A DNA stretch of 55,304 nt from a bacterium (GTDB taxonomy: Bacteria; Arandabacterota; Arandabacteria; Arandabacterales; JALGWA01): the NCBI GenBank assembly GCA_050125095.1, contig JASFEA010000003.1:1-55304 (forward strand). The letters are read 5' to 3'. Shown piece after piece: positions 25,953 through 35,590 of this stretch (the stretch's first letter is position 1; the number at the start of each line of letters is the position of its first letter). A program made the translations under genes and the position numbers. Below the pieces are notes generated by a model. It worked only from the letters and a program-made list of their open reading frames with translations. It was not told where the DNA came from and did not search any database.

Positions 25953-25968
25953 ACCCTACCCCGTATCG

Positions 25969-28900
25969 CTAGTACCCGTATCTGAACTTCAGGTCGACGT
26001 CGAAGTAGCCGAGACCTCTGACCGTACCCGCCTCGCCTTCGACGGTGAACCTGTCGCTGAGCCTGTATTCCACCTGAAGCCGCCGCTCCGGCTCGTCCAG
26101 CCCCCTCTGCTTGAGCCTCTCCGCGTCGCCGTAGAGGTTCCCCAGGGACTCGGTGTACTGCAGATAGACATTGTCTGTAACGTACTTGCCGAATGTCACG
26201 CGCGTAGAGAGGACAATATTGTTGGTGCTGGCCCCGTCGTCGATTTCTATACCGAACCTGTCCAGCCTGAGTTCCCTGGCAACGTCTGTTCCGAAGCGGT
26301 TCAGAAGCGCCATTCCCCAGGACTGAAGAAGGGCCTGGGCGAACGCCTCCTGGCCGACGTCCTCGCCGGGTCCGCTCACCCTCCTTACCGTCAGGGCTTC
26401 GAAGATCTGAGTCTCACTCCAGCCGCTCTCGGAGGTCGCCGAAACGTCGACGTTGTCCAGAAATCCGTTCACCACCACCTCTATCCTCTCATCCAGCACC
26501 CGAGCTTCGGCCTCTAAGTTAATATACGCCTTTTTTATGCTGGTGACATCGCTAAATCTGACCTCGCCACGAACTATCTTGAATATATTGTTATATACTG
26601 CAAAGGTACCGCGTATTGTCTTCAGTGTGCCCAGGACGAGCAAACCCTCGCCCGAGCGTTTGACATTTACCGTACCCTGTACCTCTGCCTGTATATCGTC
26701 TCCTCTTATCCAGAACTTGTTAGGAATCTCCACCTCGACGTTCATCAACCAGCCGGGGAATCTCGTGGGCCCGAGGAACCCGCCGGACGTCTGCGCGCCC
26801 GCGAGGCTGAAATAGTACTCCCCCTCATGCACCTTGAGGTCGCCCTCCAGGTTCGGAACCCACTGGCCCGGCTCGATCTCGACCCGGTTGATGACGATAT
26901 CTCCGCCTATCCTCACGAAGAAGTCTTCGTACTCCGAGACCCAGTAGTCGTCAAACGTGAGGGCCAGGTTCCAGTCATCGAAAGCAAGGCCCGAGATGGT
27001 GAAGTAACCCGAGCCCTTCAGTGCGCCCTCTTCCGCCTCGAACCTCCGAATGTCGAACCTCTGGCCGTCCGCCGCCAAATTGAGATAGATGTCTCTTAAG
27101 TCCTGGGCCATGCCCTCCAGTCTTATGCGCGCCCCGGAGAGATTCACGTAGCCTTCGAAATAGGGGTCCTTTGCCTGGCCCGTGATCCTGAGGTCGGCGT
27201 CGTACCTGCCCTCGCACTCCTTGAGTTTGGGGAAGATGTCGGCCAGAAGTCCCAGGTTCCCGCCTTCTATCACCACTTCGAGGTCGACGGGACGCTCCAG
27301 CAGCGAAGTCGAGAAGGGCACCACCGTCACGGCGACGGGGATACCGCCTTTTATCCGCCCGCTCTCGCCGTTGGTGCCGAAGTCGAATTCCGAGATCGTC
27401 AGCAGAGAGTCTTCCAGAAGAATGTCCCAGGTCAATCTGCCGAGCTCGGTCAAGCCGTATTCGGCGTTATCGAGACGCCCATGTGTCACGATGCGGGGGT
27501 TGTCGCGCCTGCCGCTGATCTCGGCGCTCAAACTCGTCCGGCCCCTGAACTTGGAAAGCGGCGGCGCCAGCGACGAGAGCAGAGTAATGTCGATGTCACG
27601 GGCCTCCACTCTGAGCGTTCCCAGGTTGTCGATCAGGCCCGGGCCGCTGTCGGGATCCGTCGCGCTCCAGAGATTGCCCGGCGAGAGGTTCACGGGAACG
27701 GTGCCGTCAATAACCACGCTGCCGTCACCGTGCCGGAGCACGAAGTCGTCTATGATGAGCGTATCGGCCTCATACCTGGCATGACCGGTGAAGGAGTCGT
27801 AAGGCACCTCCTTCATCTCGCCCTCCGTGAGCTCGAAGTCGAGATTGAAGCCGAGGCTGTCCTTGTGGCCCCTGATGTCCCAGGTCAGATTCATTGTGCC
27901 CGTCGGCATCGGCGTTCCCGTCGACATGCCGAAGAGACCCATGTCCAGGCCCTTGACTCTGGCCTGAAGGTCGTAGAAGCCCCCGGCAACGGTCGATCGC
28001 TCGAGGCTGACCGCCCCCATCTCGGAGGCGACCTCCAGCCCGGACACGACCAGCGAATCGTTGCCGTAGGAGATATCCACCGCGCGCGAGTTCTCCCACA
28101 CATGCTTGCCTATCTCGACGAAGATATTATCAACCGTCATGTCAAACCCGCCCTCGACGAAATCGAGCTCCCCGACCACACCGAACAGCGAACCGCCACT
28201 CCGCGTCAATACCAGCCTGTCGATTGAAAGATGCCTGTCGTCGATTTCGAAGTCGGCTATCAGCTCCTCGGCCCGCGAATCGCCGCGTCCGAGATTGGCC
28301 CCGAACAGGCGGCCATAGGCTTCCAGGCCCTCATCGGAGTACTCGAGGAAGAAGTCGGTGACCAGGCTATCGCAGTCCACACCCCGGTAAACAATGCTGT
28401 CGGCCACCGAGCGCACCTCGAGCGTCAGGTACCCGGCCTTCTGCTGCAGCGTGGCGCGGGTCGTCATGGAGCCGCCGAGGCCCTTCAGGGGATGATACGC
28501 CTCTATGCCTGCGATGTCGTCGGTGTCGTAACCCATTTCGAGGTCGATACCGCCGTCGTAGCCCGCGTAGCCCCTGCAGAAGCAGTCGCCATACGGGACC
28601 TTCCCCGTCGCGTCAACGGTCACGTCTTCCGAGGTTACCTTGACGTATCCGTCCACCGAGTCGAACTCGTAATGGCGGTACCTGCCTCTGCCGAGATGAG
28701 GCCAGGTGTCAAGCGTGAAGTCCTCCGCCGTAAGGCCGCGGCCACTGAAGGCGACTTCGCCGTTCATATCCGTATCGAGGACCTCTGACGGGTTCTTGAT
28801 GAGCGTGGCAACATCCATATCGGTGAAAGAGACGACGCCCTTATACTCGGGAATCTCAGAGAAAGCGTACTCGGCTGTGACCATCATGGGCGTTCCGTTG

Positions 28901-29862
28901 AGAACCATGGTGAGGTCGTTCACCGCCAGCTTGCCGTCGGCGAACAGGCCCTTGGTATCCAGGTTCTCGAAATCCCATATGCCTGCATTGCCGTCCACGT
29001 GGGCGTCCAGGCCGTAGCGCCCGCCGCTTCCCTGCACCGTGACCACGCCCTTCACGGTCCCGAAGTCCTCCCTGACCGGGCCGCCGTAGAAGGAAAGAGC
29101 ATCTTCGATAGCCAGGCTGTCGAACTCCGCTCTCACATCCAGGGTGTCCCAGCCCCCACCTCCCATGAACAGGCTGAAGCCGAGACTGCTCTTCTCAGTC
29201 AGGAACTCCAGGAAGTGGACTTCCATGCCCCGCCTGTCCCGCGAGAAATAGCCTGACGACTTCTTCACACGCGTGCGCGCGTCGTAGAGGAAAGCTACGT
29301 TATTGAGGAAGAAGTTGGTCTCCTCGGCGAACTTCATGTACACGGCATTGACATCAAGCTCGGTCACGGCCGCCGGCCTGCCTCCCTCCCAGAACACCGA
29401 GCCGTCGGTGAGCCCGAACTTCCTGATCTCAATCACCGGCGGCGAGCCCCCGTCGCTCTCCCTGCTGTCGCCGAAGGGATAGACCCAGGAGCCGTCAGCG
29501 CGCCGCGGGATAACGATCCTGGGTGAAACGAGCCCCACCGAGTCTATCCTCACCTTGCCGAAAATGAGCGAGGCGGGATTGTGGGAAACATAGATCTCCC
29601 TGGCCGTAAAGAGTATCTTGGGGGACTCCGCCCCCGTATAGGTGATGACGAAGTCCTTGAGTACCACGTTGCGGAAGAGATTGCCGCCGATATCCCCGAC
29701 GTCGAAGGTTATGTTCCTGTCCCGCCCCATCTGCGCCGTGAGATAGCCGCCCAGGTTGATTGCGATTCTCTCGCTCTGGGTGGTGAAGACGACTACCACG
29801 CCCAGAAGCAGAATGCACAATACGACCCCGAAATACGCCAGCCCTTTCTTCTTCCTGCTCAT
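25969..29862 (-). CDS. tamB: translocation and assembly module protein TamB (AsmA-like, C-terminal DUF490)
   Basis: 1297 aa. N-terminal anchor GLAYFGVVLCILLLGVVVVFT, long beta-rich body, and a C-terminus GTLKTIRGTFAVYNNIFKIVRGEVRF...TFGKYVTDNVYLQY...DLKFRYGY. Confidence 0.8.
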   Translation of the reverse strand: MSRKKKGLAYFGVVLCILLLGVVVVFTTQSERIAINLGGYLTAQMGRDRNITFDVGDIGGNLFRNVVLKDFVITYTGAESPKILFTAREIYVSHNPASLIFGKVRIDSVGLVSPRIVIPRRADGSWVYPFGDSRESDGGSPPVIEIRKFGLTDGSVFWEGGRPAAVTELDVNAVYMKFAEETNFFLNNVAFLYDARTRVKKSSGYFSRDRRGMEVHFLEFLTEKSSLGFSLFMGGGGWDTLDVRAEFDSLAIEDALSFYGGPVREDFGTVKGVVTVQGSGGRYGLDAHVDGNAGIWDFENLDTKGLFADGKLAVNDLTMVLNGTPMMVTAEYAFSEIPEYKGVVSFTDMDVATLIKNPSEVLDTDMNGEVAFSGRGLTAEDFTLDTWPHLGRGRYRHYEFDSVDGYVKVTSEDVTVDATGKVPYGDCFCRGYAGYDGGIDLEMGYDTDDIAGIEAYHPLKGLGGSMTTRATLQQKAGYLTLEVRSVADSIVYRGVDCDSLVTDFFLEYSDEGLEAYGRLFGANLGRGDSRAEELIADFEIDDRHLSIDRLVLTRSGGSLFGVVGELDFVEGGFDMTVDNIFVEIGKHVWENSRAVDISYGNDSLVVSGLEVASEMGAVSLERSTVAGGFYDLQARVKGLDMGLFGMSTGTPMPTGTMNLTWDIRGHKDSLGFNLDFELTEGEMKEVPYDSFTGHARYEADTLIIDDFVLRHGDGSVVIDGTVPVNLSPGNLWSATDPDSGPGLIDNLGTLRVEARDIDITLLSSLAPPLSKFRGRTSLSAEISGRRDNPRIVTHGRLDNAEYGLTELGRLTWDILLEDSLLTISEFDFGTNGESGRIKGGIPVAVTVVPFSTSLLERPVDLEVVIEGGNLGLLADIFPKLKECEGRYDADLRITGQAKDPYFEGYVNLSGARIRLEGMAQDLRDIYLNLAADGQRFDIRRFEAEEGALKGSGYFTISGLAFDDWNLALTFDDYWVSEYEDFFVRIGGDIVINRVEIEPGQWVPNLEGDLKVHEGEYYFSLAGAQTSGGFLGPTRFPGWLMNVEVEIPNKFWIRGDDIQAEVQGTVNVKRSGEGLLVLGTLKTIRGTFAVYNNIFKIVRGEVRFSDVTSIKKAYINLEAEARVLDERIEVVVNGFLDNVDVSATSESGWSETQIFEALTVRRVSGPGEDVGQEAFAQALLQSWGMALLNRFGTDVARELRLDRFGIEIDDGASTNNIVLSTRVTFGKYVTDNVYLQYTESLGNLYGDAERLKQRGLDEPERRLQVEYRLSDRFTVEGEAGTVRGLGYFDVDLKFRYGY

Positions 29863-29864
29863 CT

Positions 29865-31763
29865 CTAGAATGCGTTCCCTATTACCACGTGAAACTGCCC
29901 CAGCGGCTCACGGGAGCCATCCTCGTAGATCGCTCGCTTGAGCCTGAACCCGTAGTCCAGTCTCGCCGGCCCGACGGGCGTCATCAGCCCGATTCCGACG
30001 CCGAAAGTGTATTTCACGTCTGTGTTCCGCCTGAGGGCGTATTCCTCGGACGGGACGCCGATTTCGAAATCGGTGCCGCTGACGTCGTCAATCGACTCCC
30101 AGGCGTTGCCCATGTCCAGGAAGGTGACCGCCGTTATTTTCCACATCATGGGGATTCTGAGCTCGATATTGCCCGTCAGGACAAAGTTGCCGGGACCGAA
30201 CTCCTGCTCGGGATAGCCCCTCAGGGTGGACGTCCCTCCGACATAGAATTGCTCGTATACCGGCACCCCGGTCTCCTGCGACTTCCCGAAGGGTTCGGTG
30301 TAGCCCGCCCTGATGCCGGCGGCGAAGACGGCGTTGCCGTACGTCAGGAAATAGCCCGACCATGTCCCGGTGACCTTGGTGAAGGAATTGTCCCCGCCGA
30401 ATATGCCGCCGGCGACACCGGCCGTGAGTCTTAATACCGATCCCCTGCGCGGATTGAAGAAAGGCACGCGCGTATCCCTTTCCACTAGGAAGCTCATGGA
30501 CCGGTTCACTTCCTGTCCGAGCTGTAAGCGCAGCGTATCCTCGTCCTCGACGTTCCAGGAAGGGTTGCGTATCTCGACGAACTCATGTTTGTACGCGAGG
30601 GTCATTCTGAAGGTCCGCGTGAAGTCCTTGGTGACGCCGGCGTCTACTCCGATTCTGTCCAGCGTGTACTCGCCGTCCACCACATTTCCCTTGTTGTACT
30701 TCTCCAGGGTTTCCTCCCCGTAAATCTGGAGGCCTCCGGTAAGGCGGGTGCCGAAAAGCCACCGGTCGGTGAGCGATGCGTCGAGCCTCTTCCTCGTGAG
30801 CCCCTTGTCGAAGTCCCGCGTGCCGAGCACCATGTCGACATTGAAGAGAAGCGCGGCCTTGAAGAGGTTCCTGTGGCGCCAGCCGACGGAGACATTGGCC
30901 TCGTCCAGGGTTCCATAGCCGAGCCCCAGGTTCACCTCCTTCATCTTTCTTTCCTTCACCTTGACTACAAGGTCGACGAGCCCGGAGTCCTCTGTTGCCG
31001 GCGTGGGGTCTATTCCAACGTCCTTGAAGAGGCCGGTGTCGTAGAGGTGCTGCTGGCTGTCGAGGACGTTCTTCCTGGAGAAGAGATCGCCCGGTTCGGT
31101 GGTTATTTCCCGGCGTATGTGGGGCTCGCCCACCCGGCGGTTCCCGCTGACCCTTATCCTGCCGATATGCGCAGGATCGCCTTCCTCAATCATGTACGTC
31201 AGGTCCACCTTGCCCTCACCGAAAGCCAGCCGCGTCGAAACGGCCGCGTAGATGTAACCGGCGTCGGCGTAAAGCGTGTAGATGTTGTACTCGTCCTGGG
31301 CGATCGCATCCTGGTTGAGGGGATCTCCCGCCTTCATGCCGACGGCCTTCTTGAGCTTATCCGGACTCATCACGCTGTAACCTTCGAAATCGATAATCCG
31401 CACCGTGGTCTGGCTGCCCTCGTTGACTCTTATAGTGATCCAGACGTTGTTTCTGGCCTCGTCGTACTCGATCTCCTCGACCTCGGCCGAGGCCCGCAGG
31501 AATCCGTTTCTCCTGTAAAAGGCGACTATGGAGAGGATGTCCGACTCCAGCGTGGTCATGCGGAGTCTCTTGGTGCTGAAGTACCCGCTTTCCTTGGTGC
31601 GCATGACCTTCCGGACGTCTTTTTCGCTGAAGTGCTCGGTTCCGAGGACAGAGATGTCCCTTACGGCAGGCCCGCCGCGGCGCCTGTCCCGCTGGCAGTG
31701 GCCCTCTGGGGCGAGAAAGGCCACGATTAGCAGAATTGCTAAGAAAATGGCACTATTTCTCAT
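29865..31763 (-). CDS. Omp85-family outer-membrane protein with ~3 POTRA domains (TamA/BamA-like)
   Basis: 632 aa. Signal peptide, POTRA-like VRDISVLGTEHFSEKDVRKVM / IIDFEGYSVMSPDKLKK / IRVSGNRRVGEPHIRREI, and a barrel ending QFHVVIGNAF. Stop lies 2 nt before the tamB start. Confidence 0.85.
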   Translation of the reverse strand: MRNSAIFLAILLIVAFLAPEGHCQRDRRRGGPAVRDISVLGTEHFSEKDVRKVMRTKESGYFSTKRLRMTTLESDILSIVAFYRRNGFLRASAEVEEIEYDEARNNVWITIRVNEGSQTTVRIIDFEGYSVMSPDKLKKAVGMKAGDPLNQDAIAQDEYNIYTLYADAGYIYAAVSTRLAFGEGKVDLTYMIEEGDPAHIGRIRVSGNRRVGEPHIRREITTEPGDLFSRKNVLDSQQHLYDTGLFKDVGIDPTPATEDSGLVDLVVKVKERKMKEVNLGLGYGTLDEANVSVGWRHRNLFKAALLFNVDMVLGTRDFDKGLTRKRLDASLTDRWLFGTRLTGGLQIYGEETLEKYNKGNVVDGEYTLDRIGVDAGVTKDFTRTFRMTLAYKHEFVEIRNPSWNVEDEDTLRLQLGQEVNRSMSFLVERDTRVPFFNPRRGSVLRLTAGVAGGIFGGDNSFTKVTGTWSGYFLTYGNAVFAAGIRAGYTEPFGKSQETGVPVYEQFYVGGTSTLRGYPEQEFGPGNFVLTGNIELRIPMMWKITAVTFLDMGNAWESIDDVSGTDFEIGVPSEEYALRRNTDVKYTFGVGIGLMTPVGPARLDYGFRLKRAIYEDGSREPLGQFHVVIGNAF

Positions 31764-31772
31764 CAGTTGCGC

Positions 31773-31801
31773 ATATTAGCAGAGGCGTAAATACCTGTCA
31801 A
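31773..31801 (-). promoter_or_regulatory. near-consensus sigma70 promoter TTGACA-N17-TAATAT, 9 nt before the Omp85 ATG
   Basis: Minus strand -35 at 31801-31796 and -10 at 31778-31773, then GCGCAACTG and ATG at 31763. No SD is possible. Confidence 0.55.
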
Positions 31802-31815
31802 CTATATGAAATGCA

Positions 31816-31844
31816 TTGGACTTATGTTGGCTTCATGCTAGCAT
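31816..31844 (+). promoter_or_regulatory. candidate sigma70 promoter TTGGAC-N17-TAGCAT, 6 nt before the lipoprotein ATG
   Basis: -35 at 31816-31821 and -10 at 31839-31844, then ACTTCC and ATG at 31851. No SD. Confidence 0.45.
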
Positions 31845-31850
31845 ACTTCC

Positions 31851-32150
31851 ATGAACGCACGTATCCCGAGATGTCTCTTCGCATTAAGCCTGATCCTGCT
31901 CGCCTGCTCGCCGACGGCTCCGCCGGAAGAGCACGAGAACCTTGAGCGATTCATGGAGACCTTCTCGGAATGCGCCCGCATCTACCGTGTTCATGCCGAT
32001 GATCCGGAAATGCTGGCGGACGAGCTCCGCCAGGTGGACTTCCCCGAAAACTGGAAGGCCATGGCGGACTCGTTGACGGCGTACTATGAAGGCGACGTGG
32101 ATTTCTGGATCGAGACCTTCAACGAAATCTCCACGCGCTCCCGCCGCTAG
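31851..32150 (+). CDS. small hypothetical lipoprotein
   Basis: 99 aa, MNARIPRCLFALSLILLAC with lipobox LLAC. The acidic helical remainder has no recognisable family. Confidence 0.55.
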   Translation: MNARIPRCLFALSLILLACSPTAPPEEHENLERFMETFSECARIYRVHADDPEMLADELRQVDFPENWKAMADSLTAYYEGDVDFWIETFNEISTRSRR

Positions 32151-32152
32151 TT

Positions 32153-32253
32153 GGGGTCAGGTCTTGAAATGCACAATCGGTCAGGTCCTGGGGTCAGGTC
32201 TTGAAATGCACAATCGGTCAGGTCCTGGGGTCAGGTCTTGAAATGCACAATCG
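32153..32253. repeat. 37-bp direct tandem repeat, 2.7 copies
   Basis: Unit GGGGTCAGGTCTTGAAATGCACAATCGGTCAGGTCCT at 32153-32189 and 32190-32226 (identical), plus a 27-nt partial copy at 32227-32253. The 9-mer GGTCAGGTC occurs five times (32155, 32179, 32192, 32216, 32229). Confidence 0.95.
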
Positions 32254-32290
32254 TCCCGCGTGCATATAGACGGCTCGCGGTCAGCGCGGT

Positions 32291-33565
32291 CTATTTTGAA
32301 ATGAAGCGGGATACGTCGATGAAGGTAATGGTCAGTATGGCCCCTATGAGGAATACGAATCCGATCTGATGAGCGATTATCCTCTGGCGCATGGTTATCG
32401 GCCTCCTGCTCACGGCTTCGACTCCGAGCAGGAACAGGTGCCCGCCGTCCAGAACAGGGATTGGAATCAGGTTAATGAGGGCAAGCTGGGCGCTGATTGT
32501 GGCAATGAGGGCCAGCATGTAATCGACTCCCCATCTCATGGACTCGCCCGCGATCTCGCCTATCCTTACCGGACCCCCTATCATGTCACGGCTCGCCCTC
32601 AGCGTGAGTAACCGGTGGAAAAACACGACGATCTGCTCGGCGGCGGCCCGCGTCGTCAGAACCGCCAGCTTGACCGACTCGAAGAGACCTATCCGCTCAT
32701 AATCTACAGCGTAGGAAACTTCTATGAATCCCGACCCTTCCCTGTCGCCGGTCATAACGGTGGTGCTCCCGGGCCGCCCGTCGCGCTCGTAATCGATGAC
32801 TATCTCGCGTCCCGGCGCCGCAATTATAATCTCCCTGAGGTCGAACCAGTCCCGGACGGGCTCACCGTCAATCGCCGTCACCACGTCTCCTTCGCGCAGG
32901 CCGCCCCTGTATGCGGGGCCCCGCCACTTGACGTCGCCCAGCTCGGTGTCGCGGTATGCGTACATACCGGCCTCGTAGTATGCCTCGACATTCTCCAGGT
33001 CCATGACCACACTCATCGGGGCACCCCCCCGCAACACTTCCACCGTCGCTTGTCCGCCCACCCGATCCTGAAGCTCGGTCTCAAAGTCATCCCAGGTCTC
33101 GACCGGATTCCCATCCACCGATACAACCTCGTCACCGGCGCTGAGTCCCGCCTCCCAGGCAGGCGTATCCTCGATGACATATCCTATCTCACGCGTGGGA
33201 GTCACCACGACACCCAGGACCAGGTTCATACCGATGAATATCGCCAACGCCAGCACAATATTCATAAGCGGGCCCGCCGCTACGATGAAAGCCCGAACGC
33301 CTTTGGGCTTCGACAGGAATTCCCAGTCCTGCCCGGTCAGGTCTTCTTCGGGATTGTCGCCGGCCATTCTCACATAACCGCCGAAGGGAATCGCGCTCAC
33401 TATATAGTCGGTATCGCCGCGCTTGATGCCCAGGATTCTGGGGCCCATTCCGATAGAGAAAGTGAGCACCTTAACGCCGGACTTCTTGGCTGCCAGGAAG
33501 TGCCCCAGCTCGTGGACGAAAACGATCACGCTCACGACTATCGCGAAAGCCAAGATGTAGACCAT
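32291..33565 (-). CDS. rseP: RIP site-2 zinc metalloprotease RseP
   Basis: 424 aa. VFVHELGHFLAAK (HExxH), PDZ-like regions, and a C-terminal TM segment with PIPVLDGGH. Confidence 0.9.
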   Translation of the reverse strand: MVYILAFAIVVSVIVFVHELGHFLAAKKSGVKVLTFSIGMGPRILGIKRGDTDYIVSAIPFGGYVRMAGDNPEEDLTGQDWEFLSKPKGVRAFIVAAGPLMNIVLALAIFIGMNLVLGVVVTPTREIGYVIEDTPAWEAGLSAGDEVVSVDGNPVETWDDFETELQDRVGGQATVEVLRGGAPMSVVMDLENVEAYYEAGMYAYRDTELGDVKWRGPAYRGGLREGDVVTAIDGEPVRDWFDLREIIIAAPGREIVIDYERDGRPGSTTVMTGDREGSGFIEVSYAVDYERIGLFESVKLAVLTTRAAAEQIVVFFHRLLTLRASRDMIGGPVRIGEIAGESMRWGVDYMLALIATISAQLALINLIPIPVLDGGHLFLLGVEAVSRRPITMRQRIIAHQIGFVFLIGAILTITFIDVSRFISK

Positions 33566-33566
33566 A

Positions 33567-34733
33567 TCAGTCGCCTCTGCCCATCTGCTTTACCAGGCTT
33601 CCGGCCCGGTCCCGCGCCCATGCGGTAGCACGCATGACCGAGTCAACATCGCTCGCTCCCATCACCTGATGGGATGCGACCACCTCTTTCAGTATCGAGT
33701 AAATATCGTTAAACTTTATCCGTCCTGCAAGAAAAGACTCCACAACCACCTCGTCGGCCGCGCTGAGAGCCGCCGGAGCCGTCCCCCCGAGACCGGCCGC
33801 CTGATAGGCGAGATCCAGGCACGGGAATTTCTCCAGATCCGGCGCATCGAACGCAATGTCGCCCATGCCTGCAAGGTCCAACCGCTCGAGCCGCGTCTCG
33901 AGCCGGGCAGGCTGAGTGAGCGCGTATTGAATGGCCAGCCTCATGTCCGGTACTGATAGCAGCGCGGTAACGCTGCCGTCTATGAACTCGACGAGACAAT
34001 GGACAATCGACTTCTTCTCAATGAGGATATCGATGCGGTCGGTCGGTATATTAAAAAGCCAGCTTGCCTCTATCACCTCAAAACCCTTGTTGAGCAGCGT
34101 CGCCGAATCGATGGTGACCTTCTGCCCCATGTCCCAGGTGGGGTGCTTCAGGGCGTCCTCCGCCGTTACTTCGCCGATCTCGGCCGCCGTCATGTCCTTC
34201 AAGGGCCCACCCGACGCCGTCAGGGTTATTCTCGATACGTCCGCGCGCCTCTCGCCCCTGATGCACTGGAATACGGCGCTGTGCTCGCTGTCCACGGGAA
34301 TGAGGCCTACGCCCGCCGCCGCTGCCTCGCGCATTATGACCTCGCCGGCAGCGACCAAACACTCCTTGTTAGCGATCGCGAGGTCCTTGCCGGAACGTAT
34401 CGCGGCGATCGACGGCATTATGCCCGCAGACCCGACCAGGGCGTTCAGGACTATGTCCGCCCCGTCGAGAGAAGCCAATTCCCTGAGCCCGCCCTCGCCG
34501 CATACGACCCGGGTCTCCGTTCCCTCAACCATGTCCTTGAATTCGCCGGCCAGCGATTCGTCGCCTACCGCGGCCAGCGCCGGCTTGAATTCCTCGACCT
34601 GCCTGGCAAGGTCCTCGATCTTCCGGTTGGTTGAAAGCCCGGCCACCGCGATTGCCTCCGGATGCGACCTTGCGACATCCAGCGAGCTCCTGCCTATGGA
34701 ACCGGTCGAGCCCAGTATAGATATCCGTCTCAT
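33567..34733 (-). CDS. dxr: 1-deoxy-D-xylulose 5-phosphate reductoisomerase
   Basis: 388 aa. MRRISILGSTGSIGRSSLDV, LANKECLV, PVDSEHSAVFQC and HPTWDMG. Confidence 0.95.
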   Translation of the reverse strand: MRRISILGSTGSIGRSSLDVARSHPEAIAVAGLSTNRKIEDLARQVEEFKPALAAVGDESLAGEFKDMVEGTETRVVCGEGGLRELASLDGADIVLNALVGSAGIMPSIAAIRSGKDLAIANKECLVAAGEVIMREAAAAGVGLIPVDSEHSAVFQCIRGERRADVSRITLTASGGPLKDMTAAEIGEVTAEDALKHPTWDMGQKVTIDSATLLNKGFEVIEASWLFNIPTDRIDILIEKKSIVHCLVEFIDGSVTALLSVPDMRLAIQYALTQPARLETRLERLDLAGMGDIAFDAPDLEKFPCLDLAYQAAGLGGTAPAALSAADEVVVESFLAGRIKFNDIYSILKEVVASHQVMGASDVDSVMRATAWARDRAGSLVKQMGRGD

Positions 34734-35587
34734 GGCTGCACCCCTGAGAACACGAGTCTCGCGAAGAGATAGAACACGGGTCCGGCGAAGAGCAGGCTGT
34801 CGAAGCGGTCAAGCAGCCCCCCGTGGCCGGGAATCAGATTAGACGAGTCTTTGACGCCGGTGCTCCTCTTAAGCATGGACTCGGCCAGGTCTCCCACAAC
34901 GCATGCAGCCCCTACCAGCACCCCGACGACAACCGCCTGCCAGGCCGCGAGGAACGGGGCGAACGTGGCCCGCGATATGAAAGCTGCGATAACGCAGGCC
35001 GTGAGGCCTCCAAGCGCACCCTCGACCGTCTTGGAGGGACTCACGCGGGCCATCAACTTGCGCCTGCCGATTGCCGAACCGACGAAGTAAGCGCCGCTGT
35101 CATTGCTCCAGGCCAGAATCAGAACCAGAAACACAAGCGAGCGCCCCATATCGCCGGCCGCGACAAGCCCCGGATCGAGGGCATGTGCCGGAAACTCCCT
35201 CAGGAGTATGAAGAAACCGAGCAACCAGCCGGTATAGGTGACCGCGGCGATGGAAAGCGAAGCGCTTAAGACATACTTCTCGATATCCGCCCTCGCAAGC
35301 CCCTCCATAAGACCCATGAGGACGATCACGGTCAATATGATCGCGGCTGTGCCGATGCTGCCGAAATAGAATGCGAGCGCGATGAGCGCGCTTCCCGGTA
35401 TCACCAGGAACCTGGACACGCGGAAGCCGCGCGCCGAAGCCATGTTCGCGAATTCGGAGCTGCCCAGCCCGGCAAGCAGGGCGACGAATGCGGCGAACAG
35501 GAGCCCTCCCCTGTATGTGATGAAAAGAACGATGGGAATAAGGACCGCGCCGGCCCCTACCCTCTTGGCCAGCTTGGAGAATGCCAT
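34730..35587 (-). CDS. cdsA: phosphatidate cytidylyltransferase
   Basis: 285 aa polytopic. SDSGAYFVGSAIGRRKL and KDSSNLIPGHGGLLDRFDS signature. Start overlaps the dxr region by 4 nt. Confidence 0.9.
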   Translation of the reverse strand: MAFSKLAKRVGAGAVLIPIVLFITYRGGLLFAAFVALLAGLGSSEFANMASARGFRVSRFLVIPGSALIALAFYFGSIGTAAIILTVIVLMGLMEGLARADIEKYVLSASLSIAAVTYTGWLLGFFILLREFPAHALDPGLVAAGDMGRSLVFLVLILAWSNDSGAYFVGSAIGRRKLMARVSPSKTVEGALGGLTACVIAAFISRATFAPFLAAWQAVVVGVLVGAACVVGDLAESMLKRSTGVKDSSNLIPGHGGLLDRFDSLLFAGPVFYLFARLVFSGVQP

Positions 35588-35590
35588 TAT

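Noticed and set aside
32153-32253. Considered whether the 37-bp repeats are a small CRISPR array.
   Set aside because: The units are directly abutting with no spacers, and no cas genes are in the window. It is a plain tandem repeat.
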